Of a stretch of DNA of 64,000 nucleotides, positions 46,735 through 58,098 are shown piece after piece. The DNA is from Escherichia coli (GTDB lineage Bacteria > Pseudomonadota > Gammaproteobacteria > Enterobacterales > Enterobacteriaceae), in NCBI RefSeq assembly GCF_001677475.2, contig NZ_CP015229.1; one strand, 5' to 3'. The notes under the pieces are model-generated. The model ran no database searches and had not been told where the DNA came from. It was given only the letters and a program-made list of their open reading frames with translations. Each line of letters opens with the position of its first letter. The stretch's first letter is position 1. The position numbers and the translations under genes are program-made.

Positions 46735-48859
46735 TCTGGCGTTGCAGACGACCAATCTCTGGCAGTAATGCAATCAATAACCCAACTTGTTGTACGACCA
46801 GAGGTTCTTTGCTGTCTGCCCGTGGTTCAAGTTGCTGCATCCGCTGTTTCAGGCCAGCTAATGCCTGATTGACGCGTTCTTCATCAGCAGGTTGATGATG
46901 TAACGCGTCATCAACATAGCAAACTGCGTCATCAAGAAACGCCAGAATTTCAGGATTAGTTAACTGCTCCCGGTGAGCACCGAGGGCTGAGATATAGCTG
47001 GTAAACGTATGGTTAAGGCACAGCAACCGAAACGCGGCCTCACTAATTTGCGGGGTAACGTTCGGCTCGCTGGACATATTTGATACCACCGACGCCAGTT
47101 CAGCATCACGGTTGTGTGCATCGCGGCGGGCAATACGATACGCCAGACGGTTATCACGCCCCTGATGGTATTGCTCCAGTATGGCATCGAGATAGCGACA
47201 GTTGGCCTCGGTGGCGCGTTCGAGCATGCGCGGCAGATTGCGAAACTTCCAGTCAGGCCAGATGTAGCTCACCGCCGCCCACGCAATGGCACAACCAATC
47301 AGCGTATCGATTACGCGAGGTAACGCCACTTCAAAACCTTCACCCAGCAAGTTAAAACAAAGTAGCACCAAAAGTGTGATGAACATCGTTGCATGGGCAT
47401 ATTGCACGTTACGGAAGGCAAAAAAGAGCACGCCGGTAATAACCAGTAGCACCAGCTGCCCTTCCAGTGACGGCACAAACCACAGCACAGGAATGCCAAT
47501 GGCGATACCTACCAGCGTCCCAATAATCCTTAACTTCAGGCGGTGGCGAGTGGCGTTATAGTTTGGCTGGCAGACAAACAAACTTGTCAGCAAGATCCAA
47601 TACCCGTGATGCATTCCGGTTATCTGAATGATGGCGTAGCCGAAGCACAACACCAGCGACATTCTTACCGCATGACGGAAGAGGGCGGATTCCGGCGTGA
47701 AGTGACGGCTAAGACGCAGCCAGATATCACTCAATCCGTGCGGGCTGTCATCAGCGAGCTCATTTTCGTCATTATTATGGGGCAGTGCCTGGGCCTGTTC
47801 TGATTCAATTGTTGCCAGTTGGGCATCAATAGCGCGTAAATTGTTCAGCAAAAATCCCAGTGTTTTGAGTAAATCGGCAGGCGCGCCGTTATCGCGCATC
47901 CGCTCCAGCGCAGCATCAATATGCGTAAAAGCGCGCTCAAAATGCGGATCATGTTGATAAGGCTGGCGCAGCAAAATACAGCGTGACAGTTGCTGGCACG
48001 CCTGGCCCTGCATCGACATCAGCCGCTGAAAACGGAACAGCACGTCGCTGTGGCGAAAATGTTCACGCAATGTTTGATACTGAATATGAGAAGAGCTGGC
48101 ACGCTCGTGAATATCCTGCGCGACGAAGTAATAATGCAGCGTGCGACGCGTTCCCCGTTGACCACGATCGCCACGTAAGCGGGTCAGCAGCGAGAGTTTC
48201 GTCTGATTCAATGTCGCCATCAGCTGACCGTTGGCGAGAGCCAAATCGTACAGCGGTGCCTGGCTTTCATCTTCAATATCAGGATCAAACATGCGCGACT
48301 TGAGCTCAAGATAACGCGCCAGTTGTTCATAGCAACGCGCCAGGTTGTCCTGCAGCGGGCGGACCGGGAACAGCAGATGACCAATAAGTGTCAGGACGTT
48401 GTACCAGACGGCACCGGCCAGCAGATACATCGGCTGCTGATACCAGTGCTCATACAGTGATGTTCCCAACATAGTGTAAATGGCGATCAGCAATGCACCG
48501 AAGGCAATTGTTGCATAGCGTTGACCCAGACCGCCGAGCAAAATGAAGCCGCTGGTAGAGAGCGTTAAGCCAATCGCAAATAGCCAGGGCCAGGGAAACA
48601 GCAATTCTACTGAGGCCGAGGCGATAAAAAAGCAGAACAGCGTAATGATGAGGTTACGCAAACGTCCCGCCAGTCGGTCATCGAGATCGGTCAGCGCCGC
48701 TGCCACCATCCCCAGCGTTAGCGGAATCGTCAGTTTTACATCACCCAGCCACCACGGAAACGCTGTGGTTCCACAAAGCGCAATAAAAATACGCGCGTAA
48801 TACAGCCAGGCGCTGTTCCAGGTATAGCGTTTGAGCAAAGGACTTAGCATAAAGGCCAT
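46697..48859 (-). CDS. yccS: Putative inner membrane efflux/FUSC-family protein YccS
   Basis: 720-aa ORF (alternative ATG at 48850 gives 717 aa); two blocks of TM helices; 3' end overlaps convergent sxy by 38 bp. Confidence 0.8.
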   Translation of the reverse strand: MAFMLSPLLKRYTWNSAWLYYARIFIALCGTTAFPWWLGDVKLTIPLTLGMVAAALTDLDDRLAGRLRNLIITLFCFFIASASVELLFPWPWLFAIGLTLSTSGFILLGGLGQRYATIAFGALLIAIYTMLGTSLYEHWYQQPMYLLAGAVWYNVLTLIGHLLFPVRPLQDNLARCYEQLARYLELKSRMFDPDIEDESQAPLYDLALANGQLMATLNQTKLSLLTRLRGDRGQRGTRRTLHYYFVAQDIHERASSSHIQYQTLREHFRHSDVLFRFQRLMSMQGQACQQLSRCILLRQPYQHDPHFERAFTHIDAALERMRDNGAPADLLKTLGFLLNNLRAIDAQLATIESEQAQALPHNNDENELADDSPHGLSDIWLRLSRHFTPESALFRHAVRMSLVLCFGYAIIQITGMHHGYWILLTSLFVCQPNYNATRHRLKLRIIGTLVGIAIGIPVLWFVPSLEGQLVLLVITGVLFFAFRNVQYAHATMFITLLVLLCFNLLGEGFEVALPRVIDTLIGCAIAWAAVSYIWPDWKFRNLPRMLERATEANCRYLDAILEQYHQGRDNRLAYRIARRDAHNRDAELASVVSNMSSEPNVTPQISEAAFRLLCLNHTFTSYISALGAHREQLTNPEILAFLDDAVCYVDDALHHQPADEERVNQALAGLKQRMQQLEPRADSKEPLVVQQVGLLIALLPEIGRLQRQITQVPQETPVSA

Positions 48860-48868
48860 ATTAGTGGA

Positions 48869-49315
48869 TTATTGGAAACGACGACGTGCATTGGCTTCAC
48901 GCGCAGCTTGCGCTGTTTCTACCGATACCACGCGACGACCAACCGGCCATAGTGCAATAGCGGCAATTTTAAAGTTCGCAATGCCGACAGGAATGCCAAT
49001 GATTGAAATACATTGTGCGATGCCCGTTGCAATGTGCATCAGGCATAACCACCAGCCAAAGAAAATCAGCCAGAAAATATTCAATACCGTACCGCCAGTA
49101 TTTAGCAGCACATTTTTGCCAGCCGGGTTCAGTTCATCGACATGAATAGCTTCATTGCCATAAGGCACCAGAGACAGTTTAGTGATCTCCCAGCAGGATC
49201 GTGTCAGCGGTAAGGTAAAAATCAGCACAATACTGACCAGAGTCGCCAACAGCCAGCCCAGAGTGGTGGCAAATCCGCCAAGCACAAAGTTCAGAATGTT
49301 CAAAACGGTACGCAT
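48869..49315 (-). CDS. yccF: Inner membrane protein YccF (DUF307)
   Basis: 148 aa, highly hydrophobic; 9 bp upstream of yccS. Confidence 0.8.
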   Translation of the reverse strand: MRTVLNILNFVLGGFATTLGWLLATLVSIVLIFTLPLTRSCWEITKLSLVPYGNEAIHVDELNPAGKNVLLNTGGTVLNIFWLIFFGWWLCLMHIATGIAQCISIIGIPVGIANFKIAAIALWPVGRRVVSVETAQAAREANARRRFQ

Positions 49316-49437
49316 AAAACCTCGCTTTACTGTGGTTTTCAGTAATGGGCGGCAATTGTAACGTTTTTTTGGGCTGGAGCACGTTTTCTCTGACGGTTAC
49401 ACTGATAAGAAATCATTTCGTGTGGATCTACAGAGTC

Positions 49438-51492
49438 ATGGAACTGAAAGCGACAACGCTTGGAAAACGTCTGGCACAGCACCCTTACGATCGGGCGGTG
49501 ATCCTCAATGCCGGGATTAAAGTCTCCGGCGATCGCCACGAATACCTTATTCCTTTCAATCAATTACTGGCGATTCACTGTAAGCGCGGTCTGGTATGGG
49601 GCGAGCTGGAATTTGTACTGCCGGGCGAAAAAGTGGTGCGTCTGCACGGTACCGAATGGGGCGAGACGCAGCGTTTTTACCATCATCTTGATGCTCACTG
49701 GCGGCGGTGGAGTAGCGAGATGAGCGAAATTGCATCTGGTGTTTTACAGCAGCAACTGGATTTAATTGCCACGCGCACCGGAGAAAATAAATGGCTGACG
49801 CGTGAGCAAACCTCTGGCGTGCAGCAACAAATCCGCCAGGCTTTGTCGGCGTTGCCGTTGCCGGTTAACCGACTGGAAGAATTCGATAACTGCCGTGAGG
49901 CGTGGCGTAAATGTCAGGCCTGGTTGAAAGATATTGAAAGCGCTCGGTTGCAGCATAATCAGGCGTATACCGAAGCCATGCTTACCGAGTATGCGGATTT
50001 TTTCCGCCAGGTCGAGTCTTCACCGCTGAATCCGGCGCAGGCCCGGGCAGTCGTTAATGGCGAGCATTCTTTGTTAGTGCTGGCTGGTGCAGGAAGCGGA
50101 AAAACGTCGGTGCTGGTGGCCCGTGCAGGCTGGTTGCTGGCGCGTGGTGAAGCGTCCCCTGAGCAAATTTTATTGCTGGCGTTTGGTCGCAAAGCCGCTG
50201 AAGAGATGGACGAGCGTATTCGCGAACGGCTACATACCGAAGACATTACCGCACGCACGTTTCATGCGCTGGCGCTGCATATTATTCAGCAGGGCAGCAA
50301 AAAAGTTCCGATAGTCAGCAAACTGGAAAATGATACCGCTGCCCGTCATGAACTCTTTATTGCTGAGTGGCGCAAGCAATGCAGCGAAAAGAAAGCGCAG
50401 GCGAAGGGCTGGCGGCAATGGCTGACGGAAGAAATGCAGTGGTCAGTGCCAGAAGGTAACTTCTGGGATGATGAAAAATTACAGCGTCGTCTTGCCTCAC
50501 GCCTCGATCGTTGGGTAAGTCTGATGCGGATGCACGGTGGTGCACAGGCAGAAATGATTGCCAGTGCACCCGAAGAGATTCGCGATCTGTTCAGTAAACG
50601 TATCAAGTTGATGGCTCCGTTATTAAAAGCCTGGAAAGGTGCGCTGAAGGCAGAAAACGCTGTCGATTTTTCGGGCCTTATTCACCAGGCGATTGTGATT
50701 CTGGAGAAAGGTCGCTTTATCAGCCCGTGGAAGCATATTCTGGTTGATGAATTTCAGGATATCTCGCCGCAGCGCGCAGCGTTGTTAGCGGCATTACGCA
50801 AGCAAAATAGTCAAACGACGTTGTTCGCTGTTGGTGATGACTGGCAGGCGATTTACCGTTTCAGCGGTGCGCAAATGTCGCTCACCACCGCTTTCCATGA
50901 AAACTTTGGTGAAGGCGATCGCTGTGATTTAGACACGACTTACCGTTTTAACAGTCGTATCGGTGAGGTGGCAAACCGTTTTATTCAGCAGAACCCAGGC
51001 CAGCTGAAAAAGCCGCTAAACAGCTTAACCAATGGAGACAAAAAAGCCGTCACGTTATTGGATGAGAGTCAACTTGACGCTTTGCTGGATAAGCTCTCTG
51101 GTTATGCCAAACCGGAAGAGCGCATTCTGATCCTGGCGCGTTATCATCACATGAGGCCTGCCAGCCTGGAAAAAGCGGCAACACGCTGGCCGAAGTTGCA
51201 AATCGACTTTATGACCATTCATGCCAGCAAAGGGCAACAGGCGGATTACGTCATCATCGTTGGCTTGCAGGAGGGGAGTGATGGTTTTCCGGCTGCGGCG
51301 CGGGAGTCGATTATGGAAGAGGCGCTACTACCCCCGGTTGAGGATTTCCCGGACGCTGAAGAACGGCGGTTAATGTACGTGGCGCTGACCCGGGCACGCC
51401 ATCGGGTATGGGCATTATTTAACAAAGAGAATCCCTCTCCCTTTGTCGAAATACTGAAAAATCTGGATGTGCCGGTGGCGAGAAAACCGTAG
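49438..51492 (+). CDS. helD: DNA helicase IV
   Basis: ATG at 49438 (MELKATTLGKRLAQHPYDRAV), 684 aa; UvrD-type Walker A AGAGSGKTS. Confidence 0.9.
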   Translation: MELKATTLGKRLAQHPYDRAVILNAGIKVSGDRHEYLIPFNQLLAIHCKRGLVWGELEFVLPGEKVVRLHGTEWGETQRFYHHLDAHWRRWSSEMSEIASGVLQQQLDLIATRTGENKWLTREQTSGVQQQIRQALSALPLPVNRLEEFDNCREAWRKCQAWLKDIESARLQHNQAYTEAMLTEYADFFRQVESSPLNPAQARAVVNGEHSLLVLAGAGSGKTSVLVARAGWLLARGEASPEQILLLAFGRKAAEEMDERIRERLHTEDITARTFHALALHIIQQGSKKVPIVSKLENDTAARHELFIAEWRKQCSEKKAQAKGWRQWLTEEMQWSVPEGNFWDDEKLQRRLASRLDRWVSLMRMHGGAQAEMIASAPEEIRDLFSKRIKLMAPLLKAWKGALKAENAVDFSGLIHQAIVILEKGRFISPWKHILVDEFQDISPQRAALLAALRKQNSQTTLFAVGDDWQAIYRFSGAQMSLTTAFHENFGEGDRCDLDTTYRFNSRIGEVANRFIQQNPGQLKKPLNSLTNGDKKAVTLLDESQLDALLDKLSGYAKPEERILILARYHHMRPASLEKAATRWPKLQIDFMTIHASKGQQADYVIIVGLQEGSDGFPAAARESIMEEALLPPVEDFPDAEERRLMYVALTRARHRVWALFNKENPSPFVEILKNLDVPVARKP

Positions 51493-51523
51493 GAAACAGG
51501 TGGCGTTTGCCACCTGTGCAATA

Positions 51524-51982
51524 TTACTTCAGACGGTCCGCGAGATAACGTTGATAATCGGGGATCAGAATATCGACCGCGTCGTTGAAATGCGGTGACT
51601 GGATAATGAAGTCTGCCGTTGCCACGTTGGTGGCGACCGGAATGTTCCATACCGTCGCCAGACGCAGCAAGGCTTTCACGTCAGGATCGTGCGGCACGGC
51701 ATTTAGTGGATCCCAGAAGAAAATCAATACATCAATTTTCCCTTCTGAGATCAATGCGCCAACCTGCTGGTCACCCCCCATTGGGCCACTCAACATCGCG
51801 TTGACGTTCATGCCGGTCGCGCGGGAAATTAAGTTACCGGTAGTGCCTGTTGCATACAGTACGTGTTGTTCCAGTAACGGTTGATGCCGTTCCACCCAGC
51901 TCATCAGCATTTGTTTGCAGTGATCGTGTGCCACCAGCGCAATATGTTTCCGCGCAGGTAAAGTGCGTGTCGTCAGTTCCAT
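51524..51982 (-). CDS. mgsA: Methylglyoxal synthase
   Basis: ATG at 51982 ([23 protein letters not shown]), 152 aa. Confidence 0.9.
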
Positions 51983-52077
51983 AATGTACATCCGTAGTTA
52001 ACTTTCCTACAGATTACTGTAAGCACTTATCGCTGCAAGATAAAGACCGAAAAAGCCTGCGCACAGGCACAAAAATC

Positions 52078-52740
52078 TCAGGAAGATGGTTGTTTTTCCG
52101 CCCATTGCAGAAAAGTATTTCGCGTTTGTGGGTCAGCCAGTTTAAACCAATACTTCAGCCGTTGTTCTGTGAGCACCTGAGACTGCGGTGGAATAGCATC
52201 CAGCTCGGAAACACCCGAAAGCAGCGTACTGTCATCTGCCATCATCGTGGCAAATTGCGGTAGTGAAGCGCGTTTCGCGGATTTGTTATAGCGTTCAACC
52301 TCGACCTCATAATCAATCGTTTTTGCCGTTGAGGTAATGGCGAGAATATCCAGCTTTACCGGAATCGGCGTCGCATCGCCATCCAACAATTCAAGGCGCG
52401 GCGCGGCATCAAAATGGTTAGCTTCCCGCTCATTCTCCAGGCGAGGCAGGCGAAAATTGACCTGGTTGATGAGCTGGGTATTAAAACTGACCACCAGCGG
52501 TGGGGAGATATACAGCCGTTCTTCACTATTGGAAAGATGAATCGTCTTCTCAACGCGAAACACTAACTGATGCGGTCCGTTATCCAGTTCAATGCTGTCC
52601 GCACCGCGCAGCAGAGAGCTGGAAACCTTCTTGCCGTCGAGTACCAGAAGATCGACATCGGTTGAAAGCCGCAGCGTGGTGGCAAAAACGGATACCGGCA
52701 AACATAATGCAATCAAGGTGGTCACGATGCCGGTTTTCAT
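52078..52740 (-). CDS. yccT: Periplasmic protein YccT (UPF0319)
   Basis: 220 aa with N-terminal signal peptide. Confidence 0.8.
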
Positions 52741-52912
52741 AGATAGCTCCTGTCAAAAGACCGCCCGAATAATAATGTGTCAAATTTTTTCTTTAATCAT
52801 ACTTACTAACATATAGACATATTTCCCGCTTTTGCTCTCATTCATTCGTATTAGCTGCATGGTTGGCATGTCGGCTTTGTCGTACACTTTGTTAAACAGT
52901 CTGGAGGAAATA

Positions 52913-53326
52913 ATGAAAGAAACCGATATTGCAGGCATTTTAACGTCCACTCACACCATTGCGCTGGTGGGGGCAAGCGACAAACCCGATCGTCCCAGCT
53001 ATCGCGTGATGAAATATCTACTCGACCAGGGGTATCACGTCATTCCGGTTTCACCAAAAGTTGCCGGCAAAACGCTGCTGGGCCAGCAGGGGTATGGCAC
53101 GCTGGCAGACGTTCCGGAAAAGGTCGATATGGTCGATGTTTTCCGTAATTCAGAAGCAGCGTGGGGCGTGGCGCAGGAAGCGATCGCCATAGGCGCGAAA
53201 ACCCTCTGGATGCAACTGGGGGTGATTAATGAGCAAGCGGCAGTACTGGCACGGGATGCCGGATTAAATGTGGTGATGGATCGCTGCCCGGCTATTGAGA
53301 TCCCTCGCCTGGGCCTGGCCAAATAA
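52913..53326 (+). CDS. yccU: CoA-binding domain protein YccU
   Basis: ATG at 52913 preceded by GGAGG; 137 aa. Confidence 0.8.
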   Translation: MKETDIAGILTSTHTIALVGASDKPDRPSYRVMKYLLDQGYHVIPVSPKVAGKTLLGQQGYGTLADVPEKVDMVDVFRNSEAAWGVAQEAIAIGAKTLWMQLGVINEQAAVLARDAGLNVVMDRCPAIEIPRLGLAK

Positions 53327-53363
53327 AAAATCCCCGGAAGGCTAAAACCTTCCGGGGATTTGT
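53325..53363. terminator. Bidirectional terminator between convergent yccU and hspQ
   Basis: tccccggaagg-ctaaaa-ccttccgggga hairpin flanked by A6 and T-rich runs. Confidence 0.85.
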
Positions 53364-53370
53364 TCAGGGA

Positions 53371-53745
<375 letters not shown>

Positions 53746-54936
53746 TTACATGACGCGACAGGCAAACCCTTTCAGATATAGCCCTTCCGGATAGGTAGCG
53801 ATCACCGGATGATCGGCTGCCTGACGGAACTGCTCTATAAATTGTACATCACGACCGGCATCAATTGCGGCATCCGCGATGATTTTCTGAAATAAATCGC
53901 TGGTCATCAGACCGGAACAGGAGAAAGTCAGGAGAATACCGCCTTCATTCAGCAGCTGAATCGCCAGCATGTTGATATCTTTATAACCACGACACGCGCC
54001 CATCAACTGGCTTTTATTCTCAACAAACTTCGGCGGGTCCATCACGATAACGTCAAATTTTTCACCGCGATCGCGATAGGTACGCAGCAATTTAAAGACA
54101 TCATCACGGACAAACTCAGCCTTGCTCAGATCCAGTTTGTTCAGCTCAACGTTCTGCCGTGCAATATCCAGGGCTTCCTGGGAGGTATCAACGCTGACAA
54201 CCTGGCTGCAACCGCCCATCAGTGCCGATACGGCGAAACCACCGGTATAGGAGAAACAGTTCAGTACGCGTTTATTTTCAACGTAGCGGCGGGTAGCCAG
54301 GCGGCTATCACGCTGATCCAGGTAGTAGCCCGTTTTGTGTCCGTGCTGAATATCCACCAGCAGCTTCATGCCGTGTTCTTCAATCGGCAGCAGGGCAGGC
54401 GGCAACTCGCCGGTGACGGGGCCCTGGGTCAGCTCCATCCCTTCTTTTTTACGTACCGCAACATCGCTGCGATCGTAAATCGCACATTCCGGGTACAGCG
54501 TTTGCAGGGCGCTAATTAATGCCGCGCGCTGATATTCTGCGCCAGCACTCAGTAGTTGCAGTACCAGAAAATTACCGAAACGATCGATAGTAATACCCGG
54601 CAGGCCATCAGATTCTCCGGCGATTAAACGATAGCTGTCGAGGCCATCTTTTTGTGCCAGCCAGTCACGCCATTTTTGCGCTTGTTGCAAACGGCGGGTA
54701 AAAAAAGCAATGTCGATAGACTCAGACGGGTCAAACGTCCAGACGCGCGCCCGGATTTGCGAAGCTGGCGAATAAGCGCCGCGTGCTAACCATTTTCCCT
54801 GATGATCAACAATATCGATGGTTTCACCGAGGCTGGCTTTACCTTCCATGCGGGCAACGGCCCCGGAAAAGACCCACGGATGGCGACGAAGTAATGATTT
54901 TTCGCGCCCTTTGGCTAACACTAAACGTACACTCAT
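53746..54936 (-). CDS. rlmI: 23S rRNA m5C1962 methyltransferase RlmI
   Basis: 396 aa; SAM-dependent MTase motifs (FSYTGGF, DPPKF). Confidence 0.85.
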   Translation of the reverse strand: MSVRLVLAKGREKSLLRRHPWVFSGAVARMEGKASLGETIDIVDHQGKWLARGAYSPASQIRARVWTFDPSESIDIAFFTRRLQQAQKWRDWLAQKDGLDSYRLIAGESDGLPGITIDRFGNFLVLQLLSAGAEYQRAALISALQTLYPECAIYDRSDVAVRKKEGMELTQGPVTGELPPALLPIEEHGMKLLVDIQHGHKTGYYLDQRDSRLATRRYVENKRVLNCFSYTGGFAVSALMGGCSQVVSVDTSQEALDIARQNVELNKLDLSKAEFVRDDVFKLLRTYRDRGEKFDVIVMDPPKFVENKSQLMGACRGYKDINMLAIQLLNEGGILLTFSCSGLMTSDLFQKIIADAAIDAGRDVQFIEQFRQAADHPVIATYPEGLYLKGFACRVM

Positions 54937-55030
54937 AATTTACTTTTCTGTCGATGCAAAGAAATGGGCGTCATTGTCCGGAGTTTTCCATGGATTTGCA
55001 ACGCGTCCATTAAGGATAAGGAGAGCAGCA

Positions 55031-55309
55031 ATGTCGAAAGTCTGCATAATTGCCTGGGTTTACGGGCGAGTTCAGGGCGTAGGATTTCGCTACACCACGC
55101 AGTACGAAGCGAAAAAACTGGGCTTAACCGGGTATGCCAAAAATCTTGACGATGGCAGCGTGGAAGTGGTTGCCAGCGGTGAAGAAGGGCAGGTGGAAAA
55201 ATTAATGCAGTGGTTAAAAAGTGGCGGCCCGCGTTCTGCGCGTGTAGAACGGGTGCTTAGCGAGCCGCATCATCCCTCGGGGGAATTAACCGATTTTCGT
55301 ATCCGTTAA
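55031..55309 (+). CDS. yccX: Acylphosphatase
   Basis: ATG at 55031; 92 aa; acylphosphatase motif [11 protein letters not shown]. Confidence 0.85.
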
Positions 55310-55635
55310 ATACATTTTACCGGTTTAGGCAGGCCAGCAATTTTGGTGGCTTGCTTTGCCGGACCTTTCGGAAACAGTCGGTATAAATAGCGGCTGTTAC
55401 CTTTTTCTTCGCCAAATTTATTCGCCATCGCTTTTACCAGCATACGAATCGCCGGAGAAGTATTGAATTCCAGATAGAAATCACGCACAAAACGCACCAC
55501 TTCCCAGTGTTCTGGCGACAGCGAAATCCCTTCGTTCTCTGCAATCACCACTGCCAGCGGCTCACTCCACTGGCTGCTTTCTTTGAGATAGCCTTCGGTA
55601 TCCGTTTCTATCTCTTTACCTTCGAAGATCAGCAT
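55306..55635 (-). CDS. tusE: Sulfur relay protein TusE (DsrC-like)
   Basis: ATG at 55635 ([18 protein letters not shown]), 109 aa; C-terminal PKPVKCI. Confidence 0.85.
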
Positions 55636-55725
55636 AATTATTACTACCTTAATCAGACTGGCGGCAGTGTAACAAAAAACAAAGCCCCGCATAAAGCGAG
55701 GCTCGGTAAGTAACCCTGGGCGAGA

Positions 55726-56385
55726 TTAATCGCGGCTGGCGAAGCCCAGAATGCTCAGCAGGCTGACGAAGATGTTGTACAGCGAAACATACAGGCTAAC
55801 CGTGGCACGAATATAGTTCGTTTCACCGCCATGAATGATGTTGCTGGTTTCAAACAAAATAGCGCCAGAGGAGATCAGAATGAAGACCGCGCTGATCGCC
55901 AGATGCAGAGCAGGCAGTTGCAGGAAGATATTCGCAACCATACCAATCAGCACCACCACAATACCCGCCATCAGCATACCGCCGAGGAACGACATATCTT
56001 TGCGGGTGGTCAGCACATATGCAGAGCAGCAGAAGAACACTAACGCCGTTCCGCCCAGTGCCATCGCGATTACGTCACCCATTCCGGCAGACAGATAGGT
56101 ATTCAGAATTGGTCCGAGGATATAACCCAGAAAACCGGTAAAGGCGAATGCGGAGATAATCCCGGTCGGCTTATTCGCCGTTTTATAGGTCAGGAACATC
56201 AAACCATACATACCCACCAGCGTCAGAATCAGACCCGGAGATGGCAGCATCAGCACCGTACTGGCAGTTGCGGTAATCGCCGAAAAGGCCAGCGTCAGGC
56301 TCAGCAGAAAATAGGTATTACGCAGCACCTTATGGGTGCTAAGCAGTGATGTACGGTCATGTGAAGAACTAACAATACGATCCAT
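55726..56385 (-). CDS. yccA: BAX-inhibitor-1 family membrane protein YccA (FtsH modulator)
   Basis: 219 aa, seven hydrophobic segments. Confidence 0.85.
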   Translation of the reverse strand: MDRIVSSSHDRTSLLSTHKVLRNTYFLLSLTLAFSAITATASTVLMLPSPGLILTLVGMYGLMFLTYKTANKPTGIISAFAFTGFLGYILGPILNTYLSAGMGDVIAMALGGTALVFFCCSAYVLTTRKDMSFLGGMLMAGIVVVLIGMVANIFLQLPALHLAISAVFILISSGAILFETSNIIHGGETNYIRATVSLYVSLYNIFVSLLSILGFASRD

Positions 56386-56548
56386 TGAGTCACTCTCTAT
56401 GACAGATGTAATTAATTAAGCAGCATAATGATAATGCGTAAGGGCACCCAGAAGTTTTACCCATCTTTACGCATTTGATCTGGAACAGGTTTAACAGCGG
56501 ATTATCAGGTCATTAAGCAAATATAACGCCCTGAGAATTTCGACAGGC

Positions 56549-56580
56549 AAAAGAAAAAGGGGTTAGCATTTAGCTAACCC
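56549..56580 (-). terminator. Rho-independent terminator of serT, retained next to the displaced tRNA fragment
   Basis: ggggttagc-attta-gctaacccc hairpin followed by T-rich run on minus strand directly 3' of the tRNA CCA end. Confidence 0.75.
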
Positions 56581-56591
56581 CTTATCTTATT

Positions 56592-56651
56592 TGGCGGAAG
56601 CGCAGAGATTCGAACTCTGGAACCCTTTCGGGTCGCCGGTTTTCAAGACCG
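56592..56651 (-). tRNA. serT: Truncated tRNA-Ser(UGA): 3'-terminal 60 nt only (anticodon loop to CCA); attL copy at prophage junction
   Basis: Minus strand reads CGGTCTTGAAAACCGGCGACCCGAAAGGGTTCCAGAGTTCGAATCTCTGCGCTTCCGCCA; the 5' 28 nt of the recalled serT sequence are replaced by AT-rich prophage DNA. Confidence 0.8.
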
Positions 56652-56792
56652 AAGAAAAATAAAGAAAAATCAGTATAATACGCAAAATAGCCGAAAAGTT
56701 AATCAGACTTAACACCAAGAAAAATCAAGATGTTAGGGAGTTATTCAGAGTTAATATACCAGGTCTTTTTGCCAGAAAATTTTCTGGATTGT

Positions 56793-57812
56793 CTACTTAC
56801 TGACCACAAGCGGCAAATCCAGTGTTGGCGTGATTTTGGTTTTACGATCGTAAATCAACACCTGATTTTCTGTTTTGTGTCCACTGAAAATTTGTTTGTC
56901 GCGACTGCTGCCTTCGTAATCTGAAATCCCTTTGGCTTTTATGTCATGGAAGTTGCACCCAAACGGAACGCCGGCTTTTTGCTCGGCTGCACGTTTAGCC
57001 TGATTCCACCAGTTGTTCAGCGTCTTGGCTATTACCTTCCCGCCTTTGGTTGTGTTGATCACATACTCGCATGTGCCGGAAGATACATTTCGGGCTAACT
57101 GGATCGCCGTACGTAATCGCGGAGACCATTCCTTGATTTGTTTAGTGCCAGTCTTGTTTTGCTCAATGTAAATCCCTTTATCCATAATATCCTGCCATTT
57201 CAGCTCGAGTACATCACCGAGCCTTGCCGCACAAAGATAGGATATCTCCATTGCAATACGTAACTGTGGAATTGCTTCCGCATATATTGCTGCATACTGT
57301 TCATCGGTGATGTAAACAGTACGGGCTTTAAGTGTGAATTTTCTGACACCTTTGCATGGATTATTTTTCACATACCCACGCTCATATCCCCATCCGTATA
57401 CACGGCTCAGACTTGCCAGTTCATGGTTTGCCTGGGTCTTGCTCTCAAGTCCTCGCTTATCCATGAAAATTCTTACCTGTTCAATTTTTACATTATCAGC
57501 AAGCACTTTTCCGAATACTGCCAACAATGCCCTTTGATGTTGCCGATAATCTTTTTGGGTTCGGGGGGCCAGTTCTGTAAATGCAGGGGAGTCCATAAAC
57601 ATGTGCCATAATTTAGCTACTGTCATTATGTTGTGGAGTTTTGCTTTTTCCAGCTCATAATTTTGCCAGACTTTAGCTACGCTGGTTTCCCGCACTCTTC
57701 CGAGCCCTATAGTTCTTGTGCTTCCTTCGGGTTTCCATACGTAACTGTAACCGTTCGATCTAACACGCGGTGGTAGTGCATTATCTTTTTTGTTTTTTCT
57801 TGGTCTTCCCAT
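56793..57812 (-). CDS. int: Tyrosine-type site-specific integrase (lambda Int family)
   Basis: 339 aa; C-terminal catalytic region GHKTENQVLIYDRK resembles lambda Int LLGHKSDTMASQY; 3' end faces the att site. Confidence 0.9.
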   Translation of the reverse strand: MGRPRKNKKDNALPPRVRSNGYSYVWKPEGSTRTIGLGRVRETSVAKVWQNYELEKAKLHNIMTVAKLWHMFMDSPAFTELAPRTQKDYRQHQRALLAVFGKVLADNVKIEQVRIFMDKRGLESKTQANHELASLSRVYGWGYERGYVKNNPCKGVRKFTLKARTVYITDEQYAAIYAEAIPQLRIAMEISYLCAARLGDVLELKWQDIMDKGIYIEQNKTGTKQIKEWSPRLRTAIQLARNVSSGTCEYVINTTKGGKVIAKTLNNWWNQAKRAAEQKAGVPFGCNFHDIKAKGISDYEGSSRDKQIFSGHKTENQVLIYDRKTKITPTLDLPLVVSK

Positions 57813-58032
57813 TGTTCAGCGCCTCAAAATCGGGTTCAGCGGAAACCAGCTCAGGTGCTTTTGGCATCGTTGTCAGTCCGTGTGGAATATCCCTGCGAAG
57901 AACTATTGGTTCGTTTTTAGGACCGATTACAAATGGGATGCCGTGCAGCCTTAACTGGTGTTGCTGTTTTGTGTATCGCTCGTATTTCGTGATCTCTTGA
58001 ATCTCTGCTGGCGATAGAGTTAATTCGTACAT
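57781..58032 (-). CDS. xis: Excisionase-like protein (lambda Xis-like)
   Basis: 83 aa, N-terminus MYELTL and basic C-terminal tail KTKKKQKR resemble lambda Xis; overlaps int start by 32 nt. Confidence 0.6.
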   Translation of the reverse strand: MYELTLSPAEIQEITKYERYTKQQHQLRLHGIPFVIGPKNEPIVLRRDIPHGLTTMPKAPELVSAEPDFEALNNGKTKKKQKR

Positions 58033-58098
58033 GTGGTCACGTGCCTTACAGCATGACCGCCGCCAATATAATTCGGAGACGGCGATCAGGGGTGAACA

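Noticed and set aside
51496-51517. Terminator between convergent helD and mgsA
   Set aside because: A 9-bp hairpin is present but lacks a flanking U-run on either strand; too weak to call
56592-56651. Calling an intact tRNA-Ser gene
   Set aside because: Only 60 nt match the recalled tRNA; the acceptor 5' strand, D-arm and 5' side of the anticodon stem are missing, so it cannot fold into a functional tRNA
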